DNA of 64,000 bases from NCBI RefSeq assembly GCF_006345805.1, contig NC_043004.1, positions 14,446,001 to 14,510,000 of the forward strand, given 5' to 3'. Of this stretch, positions 1 through 12,610 are shown piece after piece. A model generated the notes under the pieces. It was not told the DNA's origin and ran no database searches. It saw only the letters and a program-made list of their open reading frames with translations. Made by a program: the position numbers and the translations under genes. The stretch's first letter is position 1, and every line of letters starts with the position of its first letter. The DNA comes from Octopus sinensis (taxonomy: Eukaryota).

Positions 1-1384
1 GTTCATACATTCGTTGTATATATGTCCACACTTTATTTAAACATTGATATGTAACCTATATTCAACATTACATCTTCACTACTTGGTGAAATCAAATTGA
101 TGAATTTTACTGATATATTTGATAGAAATTGAAGTTAAAATTAAGTTAACTTGAAACAAACTGATCTTTGACTGGATGTATTCTTTCAGAACCTATCCAG
201 AGAGTCAACTATGTGCTTTAATATATATTGCATTGATAGGAACGAAAATATCCCGGTTTATTTGCTAAAATACTGGATGTAATTTAAAGCAATGAAAGTG
301 TTGCGTCAATCTCCAAATACTTTCAACAGAAAGCGGAAACGTATATTTCTTCCTTGTACCAAGTATAGTCACTTTGATTTTTGTTCAAATAATTAATTTG
401 GTTTAGATCCCCAATCAATTAGACGAGTATATGTGGATGCAGGTCAAACACATGACGGCAATGTGTAATAGAGTAAATTTACATGAGTTTGCTGCCGCTG
501 ATACAAATCCTATGACTCTTCGGAAGAGGCTGAAGCCGTAAGAGTAAAGTAATAATTGAAGCAACGTACCTATGAATTGTAACAAATTTGAAGGCGGGAC
601 TGAATAACGTAATAAACAAATATACACTTGCATACTTTTGCAATATCTCAGTACTTGATTGCTATCTTTAAAACTCTGTTAAATATTAGACCTCACTGAT
701 TATATAACACTACTATTTTGCTTTAACTGTATGTTCTTCTTTTAATTTTTTTAATTTTCATATCTGGAGATATAGATATGGTATTAGTGTTTCCGTAGTG
801 TTATATCCAGTTACAGTTCATTCCTGGCACAAATAATCGTCCTTTCCTAATCGGATATCACTACACCAAAGAAAGTGAAAACTCTCAAATCTAATATAAT
901 AAATGCGAAAACTAATTTCTGTTAGTCAGTGTGTCACACTTTGACCCCCTCTCTCTCTATTCAATGACACTCCTGTTATTCCTCATGATAGAGTCACAGT
1001 AATAGTAGCCATAGAAACGGTGAGGGCAGTGGTGAAGACAGAGAGGTGGGGGAGAATGAAAAAAAGAGATTTGATATTTTATTAAAGCTGTAGAGTTGAT
1101 GATAATGGGAATAATAATAAAAGAGAGAGAAAAAGTGGCTACGTGAGAGAAAGTGGGAGATGATGTACAACTTTGTTTAACCACGTCTCTTTGACAGAAA
1201 TTTCTGTCGCTAACATACTGAACACTTTCATTTTTGTTTTATTTTTTGCTTTTTTAACACACACACACACACTCAGAAATATATATATATAATACACTGT
1301 AATTGAAATAAACTTTACCCAAAATTAAACATACTTAATATAATAAATGCGAATGTCAGTGTGTCTCACTTTTTCAACTTTAAT

Positions 1385-1614
1385 AAATCCTTTCTGATGG
1401 AATTACAAGGCCTCAGATTTTGGAGGAAGGGATTAAGTCGATTCTAATCGACTTAATCGTCTCCACCAATACGTAACTGGTATTAATTTTATGGACCCCG
1501 AAATGATGAAAGACATAGTCGATCTCGGCGGAATTCCAACTCAAAACCTAACGACAGTCGAAATACCGCTAAATATTTCGCCCAGCGTTCTAACGATTCT
1601 GCCTGCTCGACGCC
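1385..1614 (-). mobile_element. tRNA-derived SINE, family A (octopus OK/OR-type), degenerate
   Basis: Minus strand reads GGCGTCGAGCAGGCAGAATCGTTAGAACGCTGGGCGAAATATTTAGCGGTATTTCG...GAGTTGGAATTCCGCCGAGATCGAC, with A/B-box-like motifs. It matches the better-preserved copies at 12611 and 58305. Confidence 0.85.
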
Positions 1615-1617
1615 TCA

Positions 1618-1884
1618 ATATAATATAATAATATACTATAATATAATATAACATAATATAATCTAATATAATATAACATAATATAATATAATATAATATA
1701 ACATAATATAATATAATATAATATAATATAATATAATATAACATAATATACTATAATATAATATAACATAATATAATATAACATAATATAACATAATATA
1801 ATATAATATAATATAACATAATATAATATAATATAATATAATATAATATAATATAACATAACATAATATAATATAATATAATAT
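1618..1884. repeat. (ATATA/ATAAT)n pentanucleotide microsatellite
   Basis: Directly visible; generates the spurious YYIIL ORFs. Confidence 0.97.
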
Positions 1885-1991
1885 TTGTCAATGCCAGTGT
1901 GTCAGTGTATCACAATGTTTCAACTTTACTCCTAGAGGCTGTAGCCCTACATATCATACCATTTTGGAATTAGGCCGACTCCGTGAGTAAA

Positions 1992-2243
1992 TTAAGAACA
2001 TTCTGGGCGGAATCCGGACGCACAATCCTGAAATTTTGGATTCTCAACTTTTCATTACTGTGATTGTTTTCGGCGAATTTTTAACATGACATTTTGCGAC
2101 ATTTTTTTATTTATAATCTAAAGTCTAAAATTGAAAACATTCCGGGCCGAATCCGGACCAGCAATCCTGAAATGTTGGATTCCTTTGTTTTCATTACTGC
2201 GATTATTTTCAGCAATATTTTTTCCTGATTTTTTTTTTTGCGA
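1992..2243. repeat. Diverged tandem duplication of a ~110 bp unit
   Basis: AACATTCTGGGCGGAATCCGGACGCACAATCCTGAAATTTTGGATTC...TTTTGCGAC (~1996) recurs as AACATTCCGGGCCGAATCCGGACCAGCAATCCTGAAATGTTGGATTC...TTTTGCGAC (~2136). Confidence 0.85.
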
Positions 2244-2244
2244 C

Positions 2245-2330
2245 GAATATGATCATCGTTGGGATATGACTCTGGAGGAAGTAATTTCAACAAACTCTCC
2301 AAAACAAGTCAGAAGTCTGTTTGCAGATCT
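2245..2330 (+). pseudogene. Short Helitron RepHel remnant (Rep-helicase linker)
   Basis: Translates HRWDMTLEEVISTNSPKQVRSLFADL, which aligns with QWDATLGEAAI*xSPKGLRALFAVL of the Helitron at ~63010-63080 in this window. Confidence 0.55.
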
Positions 2331-3719
2331 TCCCATTCAGGGCCAGTTGCTTAAAAGCCATATACCAGTTTCAAAGCCGCCCGATAGGGCAAATTTGAAG
2401 CTAGTTTACTATAATTTGCACCAATATACGAGCAACAAAATATTCCGTGATGCAATAAAGATCAATACAGTTACGAAAATTTAACTAGGCTGGTATCGGA
2501 TTATAAATATAAAGAACTATCATATAACAAAAGGAATTTATATGCAAATATCTCTAATAATTGAAGATATTACATCGTAATATCTATAATACGACAATGT
2601 ATTAACCTAATTGGATACATATCAATATATTTAATTTTATTTTATAATAATTTTATGGGAATATCAGATATTTGCCAATATATTTAATCTATAATTTAGG
2701 AATACTACCAAATGAAAATTATTTTTACGATTGATATAGAACGTATCCTATCTACTATTTAATAAAAATAATTTAGGAATCTATTATTGATATTTGGAAA
2801 ATAGATATTTAGGTGCATGTAGGCATGCCAAAACTTTCCCAGTCCTTTCATTCAATAATTGTTTTTTTTCTTAGAGAATAGAATATTTCAGCTTTCTGTT
2901 GTACATCCAAAATCAATTATTAATTGTTTAGTTAAAAATATAGAAAAAAGAATTAATTACCTCTGTTATAAGGAGGAAATTTTGATGAAAATAAAGAATT
3001 ATACAACATTGCATTGGGAAATGCACGATATAAACAGAAAATTAAATACAATAGATATATTTTTAATAATACAAGTATAGACCAAGAGGAAAGAAAATAT
3101 GATAATAATATGAAAAAACTAGGATTAAGTGTAAAACGAATAATATAATATGAATAAAGAAAAATTAGATTATGGAATACACAGTCGAAATATAGTGAGT
3201 AAAAATAACCCAAATGGAAACAGAGTACATAACATTAATAAAACAGACCTAAATTCTAATGTTTATCAATATAACGATAATAAAAATGCAAACCTAGATA
3301 TATTACACATTAAACCTAATAAAAGAGATGCTAATAATGATATACATAATAAATATAGAAATAATGTAGTTATTGACCAGATTAAAAACTTGAAATCTAA
3401 TGATAATAACCATAATAAAAATGATAAGTAAAGTACTAAAAAGAATAAAAATTGAAAATATATACCTTGTATAAAATCCGCTAACACATAAACTTGGAAT
3501 TACCATATTAATTTTAAAATAAATGAAAATAATATTAGGCTAATCTTAACTTTTACTAAACAATTTAAAACTAAATTAATCAAAGGTATACGTAGACACG
3601 TAGACGAGCACTTCACTTGTAATAAGTATAGTGAAATTATTTAAGATATGGTGTTTCAGTTACTAGAAACTTAATTAGATATATATCGTCTATTAATAAT
3701 GCTAAATTATATATTTTTA

Positions 3720-4150
3720 CGAGAATTGTAAAATAAATATTTCTCCTGAAAATAGCACGTATTATATATCCGTAAATTTTATTAAATTTAGTTTAAACTA
3801 TCAAGGGGAAATAACTGCCAATTTTAGTTAATTCCAAAGATAATCTTAATACATTTTGCGATTGTAAGGTGAGAGAAAAATGCAGATTTAATAAGTATTG
3901 CAAACGTAAGAATTTGGTATACCAAGCTATCGAGGAAGCAGGAGAGAAAGATTTCTACTATATTGGTTCGACAAAATGTTTTGTGAAAAGCACTATTTCG
4001 AGCCATGAAAAAGATTGTCTTAACTTACTTTTGTAATTGTTTCATATTTCATAAACTACGTTAGAAAAGATGTTTATCTGGTCCAAAGATACTATGTCTA
4101 GATTCTTTTGAATTCGCTGTAGTATGAATCACACCCCAGAAAATCAATTC
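3720..4150 (+). pseudogene. Degenerate Penelope-like (Naiad-type) GIY-YIG endonuclease remnant
   Basis: From ~3858: FCDCKVREKCRFNKYCKRKNLVYQAIEEAGEKDFYYIGSTKCFVKSTISSHEK. This is a CxC-x4-C-x4-C cluster followed by NLVYQA...YYIGST, the arrangement I associate with Naiad PLEs. The flanks are highly decayed. Confidence 0.6.
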
Positions 4151-5247
4151 GCACTCTTTTGGTAATCGTGTATATTATGCTACGTATTCAGCTCCTAGTT
4201 TACTTTGAATTTATTAATACATTTATTATTACACTAACTGAACACTTTAACGTCCTCGAATTAGACTCATAGGAAAATTTGTTTTACACAATGTCACAAT
4301 AGTTTATCTTCACCTTGAGTTCAAAAAGTGTGCTAAAACCGCTACCTAGCTACTAATATAAACCTTGCAAGCTGAACATGTCTTTCTCTGGTAGCCCACA
4401 GCTGAGATAAGAATGTATTTTCTTGGAACGTGATTTTGTTTGGTAATGTAATATGATAGTTACGTGGAATAACTCCCTATATTGCATTCTCTTTCATTTA
4501 TTATGCAATAGAAAGAATGACAGAGCTCTGATATATATTCTAAACAGCGCCTTAAATATTCTTCATTTTCGTACAAAGTAAGATATTTTTCTCGTTTGGC
4601 ACACGTGATTACAATCGCATATACATACGCACATATATATTTATATATCTATAGATAAATAGAAACACACAAACACTCACACATATACATACACATATAT
4701 ATAAATATATAGATACACAGACATATATGAATATGTCAGCGGTATTATACATTGTGTATTTTCTTATATCATTTGCATATTTAATCTACAACCGAAAATG
4801 AGCGTTAATTAAAATAGTTGTGAATACCTAATTTTAAAATTTCCACTTCATATTAATCCACTTTAAAATTATGCATTCAGTCTTACACTCCAGACCTCTG
4901 TAAATATTTCAAATGCATCTGTAATTATTACATTCAAACTAATTAGAATATTTTCCAGTCCATATTAATGAAAGCTAGTTATAATGAAAGGTTATATTAA
5001 TTTATATGCAATTTCCAGAGAATTAATTTTAACGGTTAATTGCGTATTATATGAAAAAATAATTACTACCCGATACTGAAACAAAAATAACATCTATATT
5101 AGAAGCTATGAACAACATAGTTGTACGAATGTAAAAGATCATGACAAAATTTGACCTTTAGGCTATGATATTTCAATAAGTGTAACGCAGTCATTGACTT
5201 TCTTCTTGTTTTGAACATATTGCAAACAACATAATATATTTGAATAA

Positions 5248-5385
5248 GGCGGTGAGCTGGTGGGATTTTTACCGTGCTGGACAAAATACTTGGCGTATTT
5301 CTTCCGACATTACTTTCTTAATTCAAATGCCGCGGGACCGAGTTTGCATTTCACCCTTTCGGGGCCAATATAATAAGTATCAGTT
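5248..5385 (+). mobile_element. SINE family A, degenerate
   Basis: GGCGGTGAGCTGG head; TTCAAATGCCGCGGGACCGAGTTTGCATTTCACCCTTTCGGGGCCAAT core. Confidence 0.7.
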
Positions 5386-7506
5386 GGCCTCGTACCAAAA
5401 TTTGAAACCAATATAATATATCTGAATATGTCGTCGTAACGTATTCAGTTTATTAAATAAATCCTAACGGTATCTGTTTGATAAGAAGTGGCCGAGTTAA
5501 TTATTGGAAATGTCATCCACAGAAACAGCAAGGAATGGTATAATTTGTTTGCTTTTAGTTAGGACAAATTCTCTCACTGTACATTTTATAGCCAAGGTAT
5601 ATTGAAGAAGTGAGCTTTGTGATATTTAACGTATAAATCGCTAATTTTACGCTTGTGTGTTATTGATAACTTGTGATAAAGTTTTATAGATTTATGAACG
5701 GAACCGATGCAACACAGACTTGTTTGCTATGAAAATATCGCACCAGTCGCAGTTTAACATACATACACATTTTATATTAGTGGTTGCTTCACAGTCACCA
5801 TAGACTCTGTTGTTATAACGAAATAAGTTGGTTGGATGTATAATTTGGTTTTATGATATTTCAAATTTTCCACATAAATATCTCGCTCTTATTTCATTAC
5901 TATTAAATCATTTACAGTTTGTCCCCCCAACATCGCTTGACAACCTATGCTGGCGCGTTTGCGTCCCCATAACTTAGCAGTTTCCGTAGCTATGTTATCA
6001 GAAACGGACTCTTACATTCAACTCACATAACACTTTAACTATAATTACTTGCTTAATGTATCCACACATCCGAATTATGATTTGAAAACTGTGATAGTGT
6101 TAATCTTTAATTTCGATAGATTTTTGGGGGGTTTTTTGTAACTTTATATTTTCAGAGATTAAACTCTTTTACCTCTTAAATGGCTTATTTACTGTATTTA
6201 TTCGAACTAGTCTTCTGATTCGTGCTTTCCTCATGCAATGCTAATTTACTTCTTTTTTTACTATCCTAGTGACACTTGAGATTTTGCGAAAATAAAATAT
6301 TCTAGTATCGCAGATGCTCTTTTTCTATTTTCTTTTCCCCGTATATTAGAGGCGACTGGTATAAATTTAAGTAATTCTAGTGCACAGGACCTAATATAAA
6401 ATCAAAATGTATCATGTATCTGTTAGAGATCTTGAAAACATATTAAAGTCACTTATAATGTACATTACTTCATTTTATTTATATTAATGTCCATATTCAA
6501 TTCCGTCTCTGCAAAACAATTTATTTAAAATTTTTCCTTTTCTAATTTCATCTAAGCGTTACTTTTAAAATCGTGCTCATCTTTATTTTTGGCACTTTTC
6601 TAAAACATTTTTAATTCAGTCGAATATTATATTAATATTAGTAAACGGATTTATGGCTTTAACATTATGAAATAGCGAGAATTCCAATAAATTTTAAGAG
6701 TAAAAATCTCTTAATCTAAAATTGGACTTTAGAAAATTAAATTAATTTTTAACGGAGCATCACAAAAATAATATTTTTATTTGATTAATGGGTTTGTGCA
6801 AAAGTTCCCAGTGTCAATTTCCATCTGAAACAGGAAATATATTTTGCGTTCGTGAATGAAATATAATGTTGGGAATTACCTGACATTCTATGCCTCTCAT
6901 TTAAATGGGTGGAACTTTTTACTACATTTTACAACGTTCAAACCTCAGCAAATCAATATACCCCGTCCGTGATCAAAGTATCAATTTTATACGTTTCAAT
7001 GTTTTGATTATTTAGACAAGTGGATAACTGGCAGCTGCTATGATTTTGTAGTCTCTCTTACTTAAGAATCAAGCGGGATATTTGCATTCTTATTAATATG
7101 AAATAGCCTTCCATTATTAGCATTATTATTGTTAATAGTATTCTTATTACTAGTATTAATTTCCACAGACATGCTTAACATGCTAGCGTTATGTGCCTCC
7201 ATAATTTTAGCCAAGATTCTCGCAATTCAAACTTAACAACGTACCTGTTAAATAGCAAACCATTTATTGCTAATCGAGGGGAAAAATTATAATAATAATT
7301 ACAGTCGTAAAGATAATATGAACTATATTAATATATATCAATATTAAATTGTGCCCTAAGAATCGCCTAGACGTGAGAGTAAAAAAGAAATTGATATAAT
7401 TATACTAGGGACCAAAGTTTTATGGGAAATCTTTAATTAATCTGAAATCTCGATAATATAGGAAAAGCATTCATTACCATCATGGCTAGGCTTAAAACTG
7501 ATTTAT

Positions 7507-7538
7507 CTATCTATCTATATATCTATCTATCAGTCTGC

Positions 7539-7582
<44 letters not shown>

Positions 7583-7595
7583 ATATATATATCCG

Positions 7596-7682
<87 letters not shown>
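7507..7682. repeat. (ATCT)n tetranucleotide microsatellite
   Basis: Directly visible. Confidence 0.97.
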
Positions 7683-7683
<1 letters not shown>

Positions 7684-7854
7684 ACTGTGTATGTTTGTGT
7701 GTGTGTGTATGTGTGTCTGTCTGTATATCTGTTTTTTTAGGTCATTCAACTTTTCCCAATTGATCAATAGACGAATTGAGGAAACCTATCCTCAAAGCCA
7801 AATTTACTCAAATAAAGGGAAAATACGTAATGAACATTATTATATTTTGTTTGA

Positions 7855-7883
7855 TATATATATATATATATATAATATATATA

Positions 7884-7921
<38 letters not shown>

Positions 7922-7925
7922 TATA

Positions 7926-7958
<33 letters not shown>

Positions 7959-8030
7959 CATACATACATATATATGTATATATGTGTGTGTGTGTATGTG
8001 TGTGTGTGTGTATACATACATATTTTGTGT
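7855..8030. repeat. Compound (AT)n/(GT)n microsatellite
   Basis: Directly visible. Confidence 0.95.
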
Positions 8031-8523
8031 TAATCGATTCTATATATTTTGACATCCTGTTTCGCTAATTTATTCAATAAAAATATATTAAGAAATTATC
8101 GTTGTCACTTTCCTTTTCCTATAGTGTCAATAAATACAGTCACATATATTCTTACTTTTGTAAGTATATTCATTCCCCAGCCATCAGTGTTTCGGTTTAT
8201 TTAAATAGTGTTTTAATTACATATAATATAAATTCATGTTTATATGAAAATTATGCTTATAGAAATATTTATTGCACCTTCATGAATTAATTGGTAAAAT
8301 ATGTTGTGTTTTTTTTATTATTCGCGGAAAACAGTAATGAAATTTACTGTTATGATACTCTCATAAACGTAAAACCACAATATATTGGCTTTCTACTTTC
8401 ATTGTGTGCTTACCCGGTTATGATTAGTTAAAAATATAAGATATGATATAAAAATACGATAATTTCTTCATGTTAAATGAAGCATTGCTTGATATTCAGT
8501 GTGATATTTGCGTGCGTCTCTGT

Positions 8524-8562
<39 letters not shown>

Positions 8563-8764
8563 TGTGTGTGTGAATGTGTGTGTGAATGTGTGTATGTGTG
8601 TTAGTGTGTGTGGTTGAGCGTGTTTGTGTATGTCTCTGTCTGATTGTGTGTTTTTTTTATACTAAATATATCTGCTTCGTTTTAAGGTTGCAACTGTCTT
8701 GGAATATATTTCATGACCCGGTGACGAGAAGAAAACTGTTTCCAGAATAATATCTATGTTCTGC

Positions 8765-9133
8765 GTGCTGGAGTAGCTGTGTGGTAAGTGGCTTGCTTCC
8801 CAACCACATGGTTCCGGGTTCAGTCCCACTGCATAGCACCTTGGGCAACTGTCTTCTACTATAACTTCGGGCCGACCAAAGACTTGTGAGTGGAGTTGGC
8901 AGACGGAAACTGAAAGAAGCCCGTCGTGTATATATATATATGTGCATGTGTGTGTGTGTGTGTGTGTGTGCGTGCGTGTGTTTGAGTGTGTGTGTGTGTA
9001 CGTATCTTTGTGCCTGTCTGACGGATAGAATAAGTACGAGGCTTAAAAAATAATAAGTCCTGCAGTTGGCTTTTTCAACTAAAAGCTGGTGCTCCAGCAT
9101 GGCCACAGACACATGACTGAAACAAGTAAAAGA
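8765..9133 (+). mobile_element. tRNA-derived SINE, family B, with internal (AT)/(GT)n
   Basis: Head GGAGTAGCTGTGTGGTAAG...GGTTCAGTCCC; CCTTGGGCAA motif; GACGGAAACTGAAAGAAGCCCGTC followed by microsatellite; tail GCTCCAGCATGGCC...GACTGAAACAAGTAAAAGA. Same layout as 53435-53843. Confidence 0.9.
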
Positions 9134-9251
9134 ACAGCGAAGAAAGCAACTACATATTTATCTGCTTCCTTTGTAGGCCCTATTTTTTTGTTTTAGTGTT
9201 CCCTAAACTTTTTACATACCCTCGGCTAATATACATTGAGAAACTACTTAT

Positions 9252-9463
9252 TTTTTATTACTCACAGGGGGCTAAACGTAGAGGGAACGAACAAGGACAG
9301 ACAAAGGGATTAAGTCGATTACATCGGCCCCAGCGTGTAACTGGTACTTGATTTATCGACCCCGAAGGGATGAAAGGCAAGGTCGACCTCGGCGGAATTT
9401 GAACTCAGAACGTAACCGCTAAGCATTTCGTCCGGCGTGCTAATGTTTCTGCCAGCACGTCGC
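9252..9463 (-). mobile_element. SINE family A
   Basis: Near-consensus core (plus strand GACCCCGAAGGGATGAAAGGCAAGGTCGACCTCGGCGGAATTTGAACTC) with head and tail. Confidence 0.92.
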
Positions 9464-9604
9464 TATAGTGTAACTTCTGTGATAGCTTTATAGTAATAGC
9501 TGTGAATGCAGTTATGCATGCACTGCTGGCAATTATTTGCAAACATACGAATTACGGTAAATATGTAGGAATAAGTTTATGACAGATATATGTACCTGAT
9601 ATAT

Positions 9605-9808
9605 GCAGGGAGCCGGCAGAATCGTTTGCACGCAAGGCGAATGCTTAGCGGCATTTTGTCCGCCTTTACGTTCTGAGTCAAACTACGTAGAGGGTGGCTT
9701 ACCCTTTCATTCTCGTGGGGTCGGTAAAATGAGTACTAGTTGAACACTAGGATCGATGTCATCGACTAACACCCTTGCCCGTTATTGCTGGCCTTGTGCC
9801 AAAATTTG
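9605..9808 (+). mobile_element. SINE family A, diverged
   Basis: GAGCCGGCAGAATCGTTTGCACG head; CCTTTCATTCTCGTGGGGTCGGTAAAATGAGTACTAG core. Confidence 0.85.
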
Positions 9809-10648
9809 CGACCAATGCATGTTCAGATTATGCCAATCTTCATGAGTAGATATATACGCATATATATATATATATATATATCCTTTTTAGACCACTGTCC
9901 TGTGTACAAAAGATGCATTCAGGTAATCATGCCATGCTCGTTCTTATCCGCCGCCTCACCTGCAGTCGATCTTTACGGGTATTTGCTAAATCAATCTCCA
10001 GCATCTTTTTGGGATGCTCTTTTCCTCCTTTTCTAAACATCTAAACAATAATGACTCTGTAAATAGTGATGTTACGGAGAAAGGCTGCCCTTTCGCTACC
10101 GGCTCGTCATGCAACTTCACATAACACAAGTCTGGTTAATTCCCTCCGTATTTACCACGTTTCACCGCACTCGCGACCTCACGAAGCAAATAAACCCACA
10201 CCAGACAAGCATGCAGATGCCTCAAGTTGCTTCAAAGGCACTGGTTCTGACAACTTTCCTTCCATTACACTCAACTTTGAACCCGAGAATTTAATCTTAT
10301 GATCACAAAATCTTATATTCACTTATTGTTTGCGAGTGTGTACCCTAACATTTTAAATCACGTCTCACTATGTTCCATTCTAACATATTCAAGGGTAAAG
10401 GCGTTAATAATGACGAACACCAATACCTTCAGACCCTTTCTTCAATGACCGCAGCTTCCACCGCAGAACCATATCCCCTGGAGTCCTACTTTGGTATGTC
10501 GTTCAACCGTGGGTTCATATTGAAGACAATTCTGGTGAAGGCAGTGTAGACACGATAGACACGAACAAAGCGTAATATCACGTCTGGCACAGAGAACATA
10601 TTTATTAAAATAGTATTTGGAATGAGTCGAACTCAGCATTGTAACTGA

Positions 10649-10729
10649 GTGTTGCACATGTTTAGGAGAGCTACAATGTGTCATTCATAAGAGTGGACAC
10701 ATTACAATTCTCCTAAACATGTACAACAC
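10649..10729. repeat. 34 bp imperfect inverted repeat with a 13 nt loop
   Basis: GTGTTGCACATGTTTAGGAGAGCTACAATGTGTC (10649-10682) versus the reverse complement of GACACATTACAATTCTCCTAAACATGTACAACAC (10696-10729). Confidence 0.85.
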
Positions 10730-11130
10730 TAAGGTAAACGCTCAGTTATTCTCATTCTAAATACTGCTCTTCTCTATCGTGAAATTATTATTAAAATTTA
10801 CTGCGTGTTTGAACAAACTCTAATCTCTTGGCTCTATAGCCTCATATAACATCTCGCTCTGGCATGACGTGTAGACTTTGCACTTCCCACCTAACTCTTA
10901 CCCTATTCTCGTATTCTCCAGAGATAGGATTTGTCTTCCACTCTCTTCCTTATATATATATATATAGATGAGACCACATCGAACAATGCCCACTCATGAC
11001 ACGTTAAAACTCTACTAAATATGTTTAACACACACATAACTCTCACTTAGACTCACTCCAAATACTGATCTTCACTATCGACGAGGATTTCCATTGTTAG
11101 CTAATATATAAACATATCTTTTTTTTTTGT

Positions 11131-11595
11131 CTTTTCCTTGTTTCAGCCATTAGATTGTGGCCATGCTGGGGCACAACATTGAAAAACTTTTATCAAATGA
11201 ATCCACCCCAGTGCTTATATTTTCCTGTTAAGCCTGCTACTTATTCTATCGGTCGCTTTTTGCCGAGCCACTAAGCTAAGGGAACGTAAACACACCAACA
11301 CCTGTTGTCAAGTGGTGGTGTGGGACAAACACAGACACAAATACTGACACACGGACACATACAGAGACACAGACACACAGGCACACAAATACTCTCTCTC
11401 TCACACACACACACACATACAGAAATACATCTAAGACGGACTTCTTTCAGTTTCCGTCTACCAAATCCACTCACAAGGCTTTGGTCGCTCGAGGCTAGAG
11501 TAGAAGACAGTTGGCCAAGGTGCCACGCAGTGGGACTGAACCCAGAACCATGTGGTTCGTAAGCAAGCTACTTATCACATAGCCACTCCTTCGCC
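11131..11595 (-). mobile_element. SINE family B, full length
   Basis: Reverse complement of the family B head (AGGAGTGGCTATGTGATAAGTAGCTTGC...GGTTCAGTCCC), body with internal (CA)n, and tail. Confidence 0.9.
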
Positions 11596-11840
11596 TATAG
11601 AGAATTTGATAGAGATTGGTACAACAACGAGACGTCTGAGAAACTGGTGTCGCTAAATGACAGGAAGCCGGAGACTAGCATTTTCTCATGAACATGCTCA
11701 CAATTTCAAAGGGTTGAGCTTTACACTTATACGAAAGAAGTTTCCTAGCGCAGTCCTTAATTCACTGTAAGTTACTTGGTTCAGCCCAAAATGATGAAAT
11801 ACAAGTCGAACAAGGTGGCATAATCCAAGATACTAGCACC

Positions 11841-12000
11841 GCAGGCATGGCTGAGTGGTGAACAAGCTCATTTTACAACCACATAGTTTCGGGTTCAGTC
11901 TCACTGTGTGACACCTCAGGCAGTATTTTCTGCTATAGTCCCGGGCTGCTCAATTCCTTTGTGAATGAATGTGATGGACGGAAATTGTGTGGAGCTCGTC
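11841..12000 (+). mobile_element. SINE family B, 5' part, diverged
   Basis: GCAGGCATGGCTGAGTGGT...GGGTTCAGTCTCACTGTGTGACACC...GACGGAAATTG, followed by (CA)n. Confidence 0.75.
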
Positions 12001-12144
12001 CCACCCCACATACACACACGCACACACACACACACACACAGAGTTTTCGTGCCTATGTCTCCCTTCGTCCCAGTCACGGCTTGATGACTCCGTAACACAG
12101 ACATCTTGCAACGGAGACCGCTAGCTGGAACCAAAGGTATGAAC

Positions 12145-12610
12145 TCAATATCTTGTTTGACCACCGTTAGCGTTGATTATCGCCAGGCATCTTTTGTACA
12201 TTGAATGCGCCAAAAGATTTATGAAGGCCATGGGGATAGCAACCCACAATCTGTTTAAAACTTGCAATGAGCTGTGAATCAGTTGTCAGCCTTAGGCGGA
12301 TGTCATTTAGCCTTCTTTGGATTTTGTCCCACAAGTGCTCTATGGTGTTCAAGTTCGGACTTAAGGCAGGCAGTGGCAGTGTTTGGATGTTGTACTGTTG
12401 AAGAAAGTCTGTTGTCAACCTGGAAATATGAGTACGGGCGTTGTCGTGATGGAACATATGATTCCGATGATAGACAAAGTATCACGCAATGTGAACCTCA
12501 ACACTTGGTCGATGTAGCGAGCAGCGGTTACACCATTGTTCTGGCCTTGGTTGTTGTTTTCGAAAAAACCAGCTCCGAGATTCTGGTTGAGTGCAACACT
12601 GCCCCATACC
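12145..12610 (-). pseudogene. Tc1-family (DD34E) transposase, 3' half, frameshifted
   Basis: VWGSVAL...VTAARYIDQVLR, then HDNARTH...PALSPNLNTIEHLWDKIQRRL, ending GGQTRY* (stop 12145-12147). Truncated upstream by the SINE at 12611. Confidence 0.9.

Noticed and set aside
160-260. Faint resemblance to the Helitron helicase C-terminal motif (LxEPxxxxGQLYVA)
   Set aside because: It needs a frameshift and several substitutions, which is not distinguishable from chance.
3150-3431. 93 aa Asn-rich ORF
   Set aside because: Explained by extreme AT content; it may be part of the decayed PLE, but there are no diagnostic motifs.
9880-10300. Possible very old LINE 3' fragment on the minus strand
   Set aside because: Only a loose GRPK/DRxxW-like resemblance; not enough support.
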